Part shown: positions 48,113 through 57,941 of the stretch, piece by piece
Layout of the letters: every line of letters begins with the position of its first letter
Numbering within the stretch: position 1 is the first letter of the stretch
Source: an uncultured Dehalococcoidia bacterium
GTDB taxonomy: Bacteria > Chloroflexota > Dehalococcoidia > DSTF01 > JACRBR01
DNA length: 64,000 bases
Reading direction: 5' to 3'
Assembly (NCBI GenBank): GCA_964458665.1
Contig: CAYWOO010000056.1
Span: forward strand, 10,821-74,820
The notes under the pieces: model-generated
Databases searched by the model: none
What the model was told of the DNA's origin: nothing
The model's input: only the letters and a program-made list of their open reading frames with translations
Position numbers and translations under genes: made by a program

Positions 48113-48544
48113 ATGCCAGCGACCGCTGAGCAGCAAGCATTCCTCGAGAGCCACCGGCTCGTCATCGTCGGCATCGGCCGCAAGGGCGGGCCGCCGCACA
48201 TGTCGCCCGTCTACTACGTGATGGATGGCGCCGACGTCATCATCTCGACGACCGCATCCCGCTTCAAGGCGCGCGCCGTCCGCAAGAGCGAGGATATCTC
48301 GCTCTGCGTGCTCGCCGAGGAGTTCCCGTTCCCGTACCTACTCGTCTACGGCAAGGCGTCCATCGAGGAGCACGGCGCGGCGGCCGCCATGCGCCGCGTC
48401 GGCGAGAAGATGACGGGCAACCCCATCCCCGACGCGGCGCTGCCTGCCATCCAGGAGCGCGCGGCGAAGGAAAGCCGTGTCGTCCTGCGCGTGAGGCCGA
48501 CAGAGTTCTTCTCGACCATGCCCCTGCCGCAGCTAAGGAAGTAA
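48113..48544 (+). CDS. PPOX-class (pyridoxamine 5'-phosphate oxidase-like) probable F420-dependent oxidoreductase
   Basis: FLESHRLVIVGIGRKGGPPHMSPVYY split-barrel motif. GGAGG RBS. Confidence 0.75.
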   Translation: MPATAEQQAFLESHRLVIVGIGRKGGPPHMSPVYYVMDGADVIISTTASRFKARAVRKSEDISLCVLAEEFPFPYLLVYGKASIEEHGAAAAMRRVGEKMTGNPIPDAALPAIQERAAKESRVVLRVRPTEFFSTMPLPQLRK

Positions 48545-48696
48545 TGCGTGGCCCGCGCGGAGCCTGGACTTCAGTCCGTGCGAACCTCATTCGGCATGCG
48601 ATTCCCGTCAATTCGAACGTCCGCACGCCCCTGGCTATCGCCACACTCCCTCCTGTCATCGTAGAATTGCACGACGGGACCCACCAGGAGGCGACC

Positions 48697-50109
48697 ATGT
48701 CCACCAACGGCGCATCATCACAGCCTGATCACGAGAAAAAGCCGCAGATCTTCCCCGCGAACTCGCGCGCGGACGAGCGCGCCGCGGCGATCGAACGCCG
48801 GAAGGCGTACCCGTATCGATTCCCGCGCGACACCCGCGAGCTTGGCGGGAAGTTCACCGTTGCCGAAAACAAGCGCCGTCTACTTCGTTACTTCTACTTC
48901 GAGCGGCGGCTCGCGCAGGCGCTCGGCTCATGGACGCTAGCGATTCCCGACTTCGAAGTGAAGATCGAGACCGGACGCCACATCTTCTATCACGCCGACG
49001 CCGCGCGGTTGTTCCGCGAACGTCTGACCGAACAGGAGACCCCGCGCATCGCCGACGTCGACGGTTTCCGAGACGCGGCGATCGATCGTCTGGTCGACGA
49101 GATGCTCTCCGCGACAGACACCGCCGAGTTACTCGTCGGCGTCCACCAGGTCGTCAGCGCCGCGCTTGCTACTGCCTATCGCCACCACATTGACGATACG
49201 GACCAGGTCACCGACGCACCGACGATCCGGCTGATGAGGCGTGTGCTCACGGACTACGAGCCGATGCTTGCGTGGGCGGAGGCCGCGATCGGCGCTTACC
49301 TGGAAGGCGGCATCGAGGAGGCGCGGCTGGCGGCGTGGCGCTGGCACATGAAACGCGTGCTCGGCAGCATCGGCGGCGTAAGCGGCGCGGACGCAGCTTG
49401 CGACGAGCCAGTGGAGATGCGCGTCGACGTGACGCCGTACGTGCGCGGCACGGTGCCGATGCGCGACTCGCGGATGCTGACGTTCACCAACACCGGCGAC
49501 TACGACAAGGCGGACGGCGGTCCGCGCTTCACACAGAACACCTACGAAGCGATCCGCATGTACTTCATGCGGACCCAGCGCGACGAGGTAGATGCGATCG
49601 AGGCGTTTGGAACGTTCATCTGGGATGTGCGCTTCGTGGAGTTCGACACGGAATACCAGCTCGCGCGCATCACCTGGGACGAGGCACGCCACACCGAGAT
49701 CGGCCATCGCGCGCTCGCCGCGTCGGGCTACGACCCGTGGGAGCTGCCGAACCGCCTCAGCCCATCGGTTTGCCGCGGACCGATGGAGCCCGAGTACGCG
49801 ATGGCGCAGATCAACCTCTTCGGCGAGGTCGCCATCCTCAAGACGATCAGCCGCTTCATAGAAGAAGCGGAGAAGCGCAACGACTCGATGGTCGGCCACA
49901 TCGCCGACTTCATCCGCTCGGACGAGCGCACCCACGTGAAGAAGGGCCAGCACATCCTGGGCGTCATGACCGATATGAAGCTCCAGGATCTGGAGTTGAA
50001 GACGCGTGAGCTGTTCACGGAATGTCTCGTCACGCTGGGCGCCGTCGCGTCGGAGGGCGACGCCTTCATCCTGACGCGCGAGGAGATCGAGAAGCTGGTC
50101 GGCGAGTAG
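48697..50109 (+). CDS. Ferritin-like diiron-motif protein (two DExxH motifs), function unknown
   Basis: AGGAGG RBS before MSTNGASS. Motifs WDEARHTEIGH and RSDERTHV sit about 90 aa apart. An alternative ATG at 48544 overlaps the PPOX stop (TAATG). Confidence 0.55.
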   Translation: MSTNGASSQPDHEKKPQIFPANSRADERAAAIERRKAYPYRFPRDTRELGGKFTVAENKRRLLRYFYFERRLAQALGSWTLAIPDFEVKIETGRHIFYHADAARLFRERLTEQETPRIADVDGFRDAAIDRLVDEMLSATDTAELLVGVHQVVSAALATAYRHHIDDTDQVTDAPTIRLMRRVLTDYEPMLAWAEAAIGAYLEGGIEEARLAAWRWHMKRVLGSIGGVSGADAACDEPVEMRVDVTPYVRGTVPMRDSRMLTFTNTGDYDKADGGPRFTQNTYEAIRMYFMRTQRDEVDAIEAFGTFIWDVRFVEFDTEYQLARITWDEARHTEIGHRALAASGYDPWELPNRLSPSVCRGPMEPEYAMAQINLFGEVAILKTISRFIEEAEKRNDSMVGHIADFIRSDERTHVKKGQHILGVMTDMKLQDLELKTRELFTECLVTLGAVASEGDAFILTREEIEKLVGE

Positions 50110-50190
50110 CGTGCGCATCGAGGCGATCTGGGACGCAGGCCCGCCTTGTGAACTCCGCGTGATCTGGCTCTACTGACGCCGGAGGAACGC

Positions 50191-51261
50191 GTGCCCCACT
50201 CCGATCCCTCGAATGTCGGCGCGCGGCCGCAGCGCAGCCCGGTCGCGCACATCGCCCGCAGCGCGTGGACGTTCCAGATCGTGTTCGCCGCCGTGCTGCT
50301 GGCGCTGGCCGTCTGGCAGATCGACCTGAGCGAACTGCTCCACGCGTTCGACCACGCCGCGTACGGCTGGCTCGCGGTGGCGCTGTCCATCTACTTCGCG
50401 GCGCGGATGGTCCACACCGTCGAATGGCAGATCACGCTCGTGAAGGTCGGACGCGCGCCATTCGGCGGCCTGTTCGGGGCGACCCTGATCGGATCGCTCG
50501 TCAATGCGGTGGTCCCGGCTGCGGCTGGTGACGTCGCGAAAATGCAGATCGTCGCGAATCGCTACGGGCTGTCGCGCGTGGGCCTCATCACGAGCCGCGG
50601 TGCGGAAAGCATCGTGAACGCATTCGTCATGGTGCTGTTCATCGCGCTCAGCTTTGCGCTTCCGGCTGCGGGCGTTGCGTCTGGCGGTGTGCTGCTGCTG
50701 ATGGCGGCAGGCGCAGTGATCGTGTTCGCCGCGGCGGCGGTCGGCAGCAGACTCATTCCGGAGGAATTCCCGGACTGGCGTGTACTCACCTGGCTGCCTG
50801 CGCGGGTACAGAGCCCGCTCCGCCAGCGATGGCCGAGCTTCCACGAAGGCCTCGAACTGGTGCGTAACCCGCGGCTACTATCTGTCGCGTTCGTCCTCAA
50901 CATCGTCGGGTGGGTCGTCGACATCGCCATCATCTGGGCATACGGACGGACGTTCCACCTCGATGTTCCACTTGGAGCGTACGTATCGATCACGGTCGCG
51001 GTCGCAGTCATCACCGTGTTCCCGCTGACGCCCGGCAACCTCGGCACCTATGAGGTTATCTTGCTCGGCGTGCTCAAGGCGTACCAGGTGCCCACGGAAC
51101 AGGCGCTCGCCTTTGCCGTCGGGATGCACCTGATCAGCACGGCGTTCAACATCGCGCTCGGGCTGGTGGCGATGTGGATGATGGGGATTCGCCCAGGCGA
51201 ACTGCTGCGCGTAAAGTCGAGCGCGAACAAGGACGCCGACACGGCCGCGGCATCGTCCTGA
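50191..51261 (+). CDS. UPF0104/lysyl-phosphatidylglycerol-synthase-TM-domain-like (flippase-like) membrane protein
   Basis: GTG start. 8 TM helices. AAGDVAKMQIV, LTPGNLGTYEV patterns. Confidence 0.65.
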   Translation: MPHSDPSNVGARPQRSPVAHIARSAWTFQIVFAAVLLALAVWQIDLSELLHAFDHAAYGWLAVALSIYFAARMVHTVEWQITLVKVGRAPFGGLFGATLIGSLVNAVVPAAAGDVAKMQIVANRYGLSRVGLITSRGAESIVNAFVMVLFIALSFALPAAGVASGGVLLLMAAGAVIVFAAAAVGSRLIPEEFPDWRVLTWLPARVQSPLRQRWPSFHEGLELVRNPRLLSVAFVLNIVGWVVDIAIIWAYGRTFHLDVPLGAYVSITVAVAVITVFPLTPGNLGTYEVILLGVLKAYQVPTEQALAFAVGMHLISTAFNIALGLVAMWMMGIRPGELLRVKSSANKDADTAAASS

Positions 51262-51321
51262 CGCAAAATCAGCGCCGCCACCGATTTGGTGTTCCGTTAT
51301 GGTGTTCCGTTGCGCGGGCTG

Positions 51322-52494
51322 TCAGCCCGCGTGCTGCCTCGAAAGCGCGAGCCGCTCCAGCGCCGGTAGGGAGATCCGCGCCATCATGATGTTTGATGGC
51401 CGGAACATGCCCATCACCCACGTGATGTCCTTATCGGGCGGGCTCGTATAGTACGAGGCGTACAGCTCGTCGCCCTGCATGACGACGCCGGCGTACGACG
51501 TGTCGCCCGCGCTCGGCAGATCCGTGAGATACCGCAGGGCCTTCTCTTCGACGAGAAAGAGCGATGTGCGCTTGCGGCTGTACATGCCGCCCAGCTCCAC
51601 GTACTTGCGCGCGTGCGTCGCCTGGTAGCGCGCGATGGCGTAGACGCGCCCGTTGTAGGGGAACAGGCACGGGCCATCGAGCCGCGTTACGGTGCTCTTC
51701 GCGTAGGTCCACGATTCGTACGGCGGCGGCGCGAGTGCGATCAGCGTGCATGCATCCGGGTCGCCCCACTGCGTGTCGGCGTGGCCCTCCAGGCGCGCAG
51801 TCGCCAGCATGCGGCCGTCCGGCAGGAACTCGAAGTCCGTCTCGTCGTTTCCCTCGCCCTCGTACACCTGCGATACCTGCGTCCACTGCTCGCCGTTGGT
51901 CGACTTCAGCAGGATCGAGCGGCCGTGATCGTGCCAGTACGCAGTCACGTACCACGTGACGCCGTCGAGCGTCTTCGGCCGCCAGAACAGCCACCCCGGC
52001 GGGTCGATCGGCGCCATCGGCGTCCAGGTCTCACCGTCCGCGCTCGAGGTGTACACCGTGCCGGTAGGCACCGCGCGTAGCGTCAGGTTGGGCAGCACGT
52101 ACAGAAACAAGCGCCCGTGGATCACTGCGAACTTCGGGTCGCGGTACTCGCGCCCGGTTTCGTTCTTGAACTCACGTACCTTCTCCCACAGGCGAGCCTC
52201 TCGTGAGCGCCAGAGCAACAGCCGGCTGCGGCGTGACCCCATGTGGTACGGCGACGTCTGGTGACAGAGATAGAACCAGCCGTCGAAGAACGCGAGATCG
52301 GTGTTGGAGTTGTGCCAGCCGCCGGCAACGGCGTCCCACGTCTCGGGTACGACATCGCGGTTCACGCCAGCAATCTTCGGCCGCAGCAGCACGCCCGCGA
52401 TCACACCGGGCGCCTGGAACTGCAGCCGCTGGACGCGGCCGCGCAAGCGCCTGATCGTCCGATTCATGGCGATTCCTTCCGCTACGCGAGTCAA
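51322..52494 (-). CDS. BNR/Asp-box repeat protein (sialidase-like beta-propeller)
   Basis: Two S-x-D-G-x-T-W Asp-boxes (SSADGETWT, STNGEQWT). Start possibly at MNRTIRR (52467). Confidence 0.55.
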   Translation of the reverse strand: MTRVAEGIAMNRTIRRLRGRVQRLQFQAPGVIAGVLLRPKIAGVNRDVVPETWDAVAGGWHNSNTDLAFFDGWFYLCHQTSPYHMGSRRSRLLLWRSREARLWEKVREFKNETGREYRDPKFAVIHGRLFLYVLPNLTLRAVPTGTVYTSSADGETWTPMAPIDPPGWLFWRPKTLDGVTWYVTAYWHDHGRSILLKSTNGEQWTQVSQVYEGEGNDETDFEFLPDGRMLATARLEGHADTQWGDPDACTLIALAPPPYESWTYAKSTVTRLDGPCLFPYNGRVYAIARYQATHARKYVELGGMYSRKRTSLFLVEEKALRYLTDLPSAGDTSYAGVVMQGDELYASYYTSPPDKDITWVMGMFRPSNIMMARISLPALERLALSRQHAG

Positions 52495-52593
52495 GCTAGA
52501 TCACGCTTGCGCGCGGCGGAAGCAAAGAGACGGCCGATGCACAAGAATTACCATGCCACGGCCGGATTGTGCAGAGCGCCGTACTGGCGCTCG

Positions 52594-53718
52594 CTAGACG
52601 GCCGGCGTCAGCGCCCACATGTCGTCGATCTCGCCCTTGCCGTCGTTGCCGCCGAAGATGTACAGCTTGCCGCTCGCGTACACCGCGTCGGTGCTGTACC
52701 GCGCGGGTGGCGCCTCACCGGCAGCATCGACGCGCGACCAGGCCGCTGTAGCGATATCGTACACCCAGGTCTCGGCGTTCGGCCCGTCCGGTGTGTTGCC
52801 ACCGACGGCGTACCAGCGCTTGCCGCTTTCGCCAAGGCTGGCGCCATAGAGGTTGCGCGGACCGGGCAGAACCGGTGGCTTGTTCTCCGCCCATACTCCC
52901 TTCGCCACGTCGAGTGTCCAGAAGTCGCCCAGGAATGGATTTGTGTCCGTCTGTCCGCCGAATAGCAGCATCGATCCGGATGCAGGCAGCCACAGGCAGC
53001 GCGTCAGGCAGCGTTCGATCGGCACTTCACCCGATGTCGCAATGTTCGTCCAGGCACCGCCGTTCAGGTCGAACGCCCATGTGTCGTCGAAGCGCCCGCG
53101 ATCCGTGAACCCATGCGAGATGAGGATGCGTCCGCCAGCCGCATCGTACGCACCGCCGGCCCCATAGCGTATCTGCGGCCGATCGGCCGATGCCGCATCG
53201 AGCTGTGTCCACCCCGAAGCGTCGAACGCCCAGACATCGTTGAAGAACGCGTCGCCGTTACCCTGACCCAGCGCGACGATCAGCCGTTTCTTCGCGCCGT
53301 CGTACGTGGCGTTGTGCGCGAAGCGCGGCTCCGGCGCCGCGCCTGTAGGCGCCATCTGCCGCCAGGACGCCGCTTTCGGATCGAACGTCCACAACTGGTT
53401 GTCCGCGACGCCCTTCGCGCGTCCGCCAAACAGGTAGATCAGCCCGTCATCCGGATTGAAGGTCAGGCTGTGGTCACGCCGCGCGGCAGGGCCCGGTCCA
53501 GCCGGCACCCGCGTCCACGCGGGTTGCACCGGAGCTGCCGTCGGCGATGCGGCGGGCTGCGTCGTCGCGCCGCTGGTTGGCGATGGCGCAACCGTAGAGA
53601 GCGCTTTCTTCGCGTCATCGCCGCAGCCAGCGATTGCTATCGCGCCGATGCCCGCCGCGCCCGCCGCGGCGTTCCGCAGCAATGCGCGCCGTGAGATAAC
53701 CATCTTGAACCTGTCCAT
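52594..53718 (-). CDS. Kelch-repeat (galactose-oxidase-like beta-propeller) Tat lipoprotein
   Basis: RRALLRNAAAGAAGIGAIAIAGCGDD twin-arginine signal plus lipobox. Repeated LYLFGG / WTFD / GxxxW Kelch blades. Confidence 0.7.
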   Translation of the reverse strand: MDRFKMVISRRALLRNAAAGAAGIGAIAIAGCGDDAKKALSTVAPSPTSGATTQPAASPTAAPVQPAWTRVPAGPGPAARRDHSLTFNPDDGLIYLFGGRAKGVADNQLWTFDPKAASWRQMAPTGAAPEPRFAHNATYDGAKKRLIVALGQGNGDAFFNDVWAFDASGWTQLDAASADRPQIRYGAGGAYDAAGGRILISHGFTDRGRFDDTWAFDLNGGAWTNIATSGEVPIERCLTRCLWLPASGSMLLFGGQTDTNPFLGDFWTLDVAKGVWAENKPPVLPGPRNLYGASLGESGKRWYAVGGNTPDGPNAETWVYDIATAAWSRVDAAGEAPPARYSTDAVYASGKLYIFGGNDGKGEIDDMWALTPAV

Positions 53719-53831
53719 GATCCTCCTTGGAGACGATTTCCTGACGCAGGGTATACGCGTTCGAGAGCTTGGCGGTTCTCGGCCGAGGTCACGCCGGCGC
53801 TGCTCGCTCCATCATCCGCGCGTGATCCGGT

Positions 53832-54632
53832 ATGCCACTTGTCAACGGCTGGATGCAGCGGCGAATCGCCAACGCCACCGCGGCGCCCCCCCGCCGTCTA
53901 CGTTGGCGCTTCGGCGGATTCCGCCAGCACGGTATAGTCGCGCTGATGGTGGACGATACCGGCTCCGAGCCTGCCGATGACCTGGACGGGACGCCGGCCT
54001 CCGACAAAGATCGAAGCGTCATCGCGGCGCTGCGTGCCGGCGATGACGACGCGTTTGCCGCGCTCGTCGAACGCTACAGCAGCCGACTTCAGCGACTGGC
54101 ATTCGTCTACGTGAGGGATCGGCATGTCGCCGAGGAAGTGGTCCAGGAGACGTGGATCGGCCTGCTACAGAGCATCCACCGCTTCGAGGGCCGCTCGTCA
54201 CTCAAGACGTGGCTCTTCCGCATCTTGCTGAACGTTGCCCGCAGCCGCGCCCGCCGAGAGTCGCGTACGATCCCGTTTTCATCGCTCTTCGACGCGTCGA
54301 CCGAAGCGGGCGAACCGTCCGTCGATGCCGACCGCTTCCAGCCGGCGGGCGCCCGCTGGCCCGACCACTGGACGACGCCCCCGGGCCAGTGGAGCCAGAA
54401 CCCCGAATCGCAGGCCGCCTCGTCGGAGACGCGGGCGCACGTCAGTGCTGCCATCGGAACGCTGCCGGACAACCAGCGCGAAGTGATCACGCTGCGCGAC
54501 ATTGACGGACTCACGTCGTTGGAGGTCTGTAACCTTCTCAAGATTTCCGACACTAATCAGAGAGTGCTTCTGCATCGGGCGCGCGGCAAGGTCCGCAAGG
54601 CGCTGGAAGTCTACGTCGGGGAGGCGCGGTAA
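53832..54632 (+). CDS. RNA polymerase sigma-70 factor, ECF subfamily
   Basis: Region 2 (LQRLAFVYVRDRHVAEEVVQETWIGL) and region 4 (REVITLRDIDGLTSLEVCNLLKISDTNQRVLLHRARGKVR). Start may be an internal ATG at 53946. Confidence 0.75.
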   Translation: MPLVNGWMQRRIANATAAPPRRLRWRFGGFRQHGIVALMVDDTGSEPADDLDGTPASDKDRSVIAALRAGDDDAFAALVERYSSRLQRLAFVYVRDRHVAEEVVQETWIGLLQSIHRFEGRSSLKTWLFRILLNVARSRARRESRTIPFSSLFDASTEAGEPSVDADRFQPAGARWPDHWTTPPGQWSQNPESQAASSETRAHVSAAIGTLPDNQREVITLRDIDGLTSLEVCNLLKISDTNQRVLLHRARGKVRKALEVYVGEAR

Positions 54633-54635
54633 GGA

Positions 54636-54899
54636 GTGAGCATCGACGACGAGATCACCTGCAAAGAGATTGTGGAGTTGGTGACCGAGTATCTCGAGTC
54701 TGCCATGTCCGAGCCCGATCGCGCCCGCTTCGATGACCACCTCAGCATATGCCGCGGCTGCGCCAACTACCTTGATCAGATGCGCGAGACGATCCGCGTC
54801 ACCGGTACGCTCACGGAGGATTCGTTGTCGCCGGCCGCGAAAGCTAACCTGCTCACCGCCTTTCGCGACTGGAAGCGCGGCGCCGCGCCTTCAAGCTAG
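54636..54899 (+). CDS. Zinc-finger (zf-HC2) anti-sigma factor
   Basis: GTG start 4 nt after the sigma stop. DHLSICRGCANYLD is an HxxxCxxC motif. Confidence 0.6.
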   Translation: MSIDDEITCKEIVELVTEYLESAMSEPDRARFDDHLSICRGCANYLDQMRETIRVTGTLTEDSLSPAAKANLLTAFRDWKRGAAPSS

Positions 54900-54917
54900 C
54901 TCCTCGCAGGGCCATCC

Positions 54918-55691
54918 TCACCCGTGCCGCGTCGAAATCCCGCCGTCGACCGGAATCACCGTACCCGTGAGGTACGAGCCCGCGCGCGACGCGAGGAAGA
55001 TCGCCGTCCCCGCCATGTCATCGGGTCGCCCAATGCGACGCAGCGGGCACGATGCCCGGATTGAATCGCCAAACTTCTTCAGCGTGTCCGCCATCATCTT
55101 GCTCTCGAACGGTCCCGGCGCGATCGCGTTGACGGTGATCCTGCTGCCTGCCAGCCGGTGCGCCAGCGTGCGCGTCAGGTGGTGCACCGCTGCCTTGCTC
55201 GACGAGTATGCGTACGTCTCCAACGCGGGCGCCTGCAACCCGTCGATCGAGCCGATGTTGATCACACGCGCCGGATCGTCGTCGCTGGCGGCCCGCTCCA
55301 GCAGCGGCGTCATGAAGCGCGTCAGGTTGAACACGCCCTTCACGTTCAGCGCGAACACCTTGTCGAACGCCCCGTCCGGGTACTCGGCCAGCGGCGCACC
55401 CCAGTTGGCGCCCGCGTTGTTCACCAGCACGTGCACCCGCTCTTCGCGTGCCCCAACGGCCGCCGTCAGTTCGCGGCACCCGGCCTCCGTGCTCAGGTCC
55501 GCGGGAATCGCGACGCAACTCCCGGCCTTCGACAGCTCCGCCTCTACCTCGCGGCAGACTTCGGCGTTGCGCGACGAGATGTAGACTTTCGCGCCCGCTT
55601 CGACGAACCCGCGCGCGATCATCAGCCCGATGCCACGCGACCCGCCGGTCACGACGACGACCTTGCCTTCGACGGAGAACAATCCACTCAC
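54918..55691 (-). CDS. SDR-family oxidoreductase
   Basis: GTG start with AAGGAG RBS. KVVVVTGGSRGIG, NNAG, YSSSKAAV (YxxxK). Confidence 0.8.
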   Translation of the reverse strand: MSGLFSVEGKVVVVTGGSRGIGLMIARGFVEAGAKVYISSRNAEVCREVEAELSKAGSCVAIPADLSTEAGCRELTAAVGAREERVHVLVNNAGANWGAPLAEYPDGAFDKVFALNVKGVFNLTRFMTPLLERAASDDDPARVINIGSIDGLQAPALETYAYSSSKAAVHHLTRTLAHRLAGSRITVNAIAPGPFESKMMADTLKKFGDSIRASCPLRRIGRPDDMAGTAIFLASRAGSYLTGTVIPVDGGISTRHG

Positions 55692-56055
55692 GAGCGCGGC
55701 TCCTTTCAGCCAGAGAACAGATCCGGAACGCCGCGCTCCAGCCGACGGCGCGGAACGCGGGCAGCCTGCGTTAGGGCGATGAAGGTCGCTTCGGATTATC
55801 ATGGAAGCGCAAGTAGGCGGCCAATCACGGTCAGCACGCCAACACCTCAGCGCTCTCCGCGGTGAATCGATGCTTATTGCTGTGCTGGAAGGTGCTGTAT
55901 CGTCAGATTCGCACGGACCGACTGCGATGCCGCGTCGTCAGATCCAGACCCACCCAGCCGAAATCGGGGCGGTACGCCTGTACCCATGCGTGTAGGCGCG
56001 GATCTGTCTGTCCGCATGCGGGCACAATGCTCCTGCGACGCACGCGGGTACGGCG

Positions 56056-56892
56056 CTACTCGGAAATCGTCACGAGAAATCGATCGTGAAATCGCACCAG
56101 CACATCCAGCACAGGCCGCCCCGCGACGGCGATGAGCACCGCGTTCGCAACCGCGCGCCACGCGTCCCATCCAGCCGACGTCAGCACGTAGAACGCCCAG
56201 TAGTGACGCAGCGTCGGTACGAATCCCAGGCCCGCGTGCCACGAGATGTCCTCGCTCGTCACGGTGTACGGCCAGAACCAGATGTTCATCAGCGCGCCGA
56301 AGGCGAAGCCCGCTACGATGCCGAACGCCATCAGCAACACGATCTCGCTGCGCCTTCCGCGGACGAACGACGGCCGCACCGCGCCCAGCCAGCCGCTCGT
56401 CATCCCCAGCCAGCCCGAGGCGAACATCTGAAACGGCACCCACGGACCGAACCCGCCCGAGACGAACGCCGACACGGCCAGCGACAGGGCTCCGAGCAGA
56501 AAGCCGAAGCGCGGCCCGAAGACGTACCCGCTGAGGATGATCAGAAAGAAGAACGCGCTCGCGCCAGCCGGCAGCGTCGGCAAACGCAGCGCGGCAGCGG
56601 CCACGGTCAGCACGGCCAGCGCCGACGCGACCTTCGCGTTCATGCCACCCGATGCCAGCTCGATGAGGAAGAGCAGGGCGGCGAGGCCAGCCAGCAGGCC
56701 GAAGATCAGCGGCGCATCGCCGGCGTGCGCGCCGGTTTCGGTCCGCGGCGCCGTCGAGAGCACGAACGGGTACAAGAACGCCGCCACGCCGACGGCACTC
56801 GCCACCAGCAGCGTCAGCGGCGACGCCATGCGCGCCAGCGCCGGCTTCGGCATCGCCGGCACGCGCGCCAGTTCGAGCGTAGCGTCACGCAT
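56056..56892 (-). CDS. Multi-TM membrane protein, candidate ECF-transporter substrate-specific (S) component
   Basis: GGAGG RBS. Start ATGCGTGA overlaps the upstream stop. 6-7 TM helices, Trp/Gly-rich. Last gene of the ECF operon. Confidence 0.45.
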   Translation of the reverse strand: MRDATLELARVPAMPKPALARMASPLTLLVASAVGVAAFLYPFVLSTAPRTETGAHAGDAPLIFGLLAGLAALLFLIELASGGMNAKVASALAVLTVAAAALRLPTLPAGASAFFFLIILSGYVFGPRFGFLLGALSLAVSAFVSGGFGPWVPFQMFASGWLGMTSGWLGAVRPSFVRGRRSEIVLLMAFGIVAGFAFGALMNIWFWPYTVTSEDISWHAGLGFVPTLRHYWAFYVLTSAGWDAWRAVANAVLIAVAGRPVLDVLVRFHDRFLVTISE

Positions 56893-57941
56893 CGAGCTGC
56901 CTCCGCCGATACCACATGAAGCCGCCCACCGCGGCCAGCGCCGCCACGACCGAGCCGAAGCCCGCGACCGGCACGATGTCGAAGCCGTCACCGTTGCGTC
57001 GCTGCGCCGTTGACGCGTTTCGCAGGCCGGCATCCGGCTCCACGATCGCGACGCCGGCCTTTGGAGTGTTGGTCGGCACGTCGGGGCTCGCCGTGGACGA
57101 AGCGCCCGCGCTCACCGATGCAACCGGCGTCACCGCTGCTCCCGCGACAGCGTTCACGGATGACGCCGACGCGGCAGCGTTCGGCGCGCTCGCCGAATTA
57201 GGAGGCGCGTCCGTTGCCGCCGTCGGTGCCTCGGATGTGGAGCCGGCGGGCCCCGCGAGCGACGTCGTCGCCGCGGACGGCGTCGCAGGACGAGGCGTCG
57301 AGGCGGGTGGTTCCGATGGCTCTTCCGCTGGTGCTGACTCCACGGTTGCCGGTGTTGGTGTCGCAGTCGGCGGCTGCGACGTTGCCGTCCGTGTGGGCGT
57401 CGTCGTCGGCAGGGGGCAGACCGAACCAGGACCCTCTGGCGCGGCGCCGTTGCCCGGGCCCCACGACCAGCCGTCCGTATCGCCGTCGTGAATCACGCGC
57501 AACGCACTCCCTACTGGAGAGAGCTGCCACGCGTTGTTCTTCCACTGAAAGTACGCCCAGTACTGGCAGGGATTGCTCTTGCAGAACTTGAAGCAGTCCG
57601 CTGAGTCGGTGCTCCCTGTTTCGTCGATAGCGCATACGCCCACGCCGCCCGTGCTGCCCAGCACGAGACTTAAACCGGAACGTTGCAGCAGATCAAGGCC
57701 GCTGATCGAGTCTTCGTTGAACAGAACGCAGATCTTCCGAGTCGGCTTACCATCACCGAACGTGATGACGATCGCGGCGGAATGCACGTCGGCAGCGTTC
57801 GCTGCGCTCTCTGCCGGAACACAAACCGAAGCTCCGCCCGCCGTGCTCGCCGCCGAACTCGCCTGCGCCGTCGTTCCGAGCCCGATCGCCAACGCGAGTG
57901 CGAAGAACAGCGCACCTGCCATCGCAAGGCGAAGCCTCATC
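56885..57941 (-). CDS. Surface-anchored protein with Cys-rich DUF4430/transcobalamin-beta-like domain, Thr/Pro/Ala linker and C-terminal TM anchor
   Basis: ATGA overlap with the ATPase stop. Signal peptide MRLRLAMAGALFFALALAIG. Domain SVCVPAES...CAIDETGSTDSADCFKFCKSNPCQYWAYFQWKNNAWQ. C-terminal VVAALAAVGGFMWYRRRQ. Confidence 0.55.

Noticed and set aside
55692-56055. ORFs 55874..56443 (-), 55801..55995 (+), 55862..56089 (+) in the 364-nt gap between the SDR and the ECF S-component
   Set aside because: Poor coding signature (Arg/Gly-rich) and overlap with flanking gene ends. A TTATTG-18-TATCGT promoter-like string on the + strand was noted but has no downstream gene.
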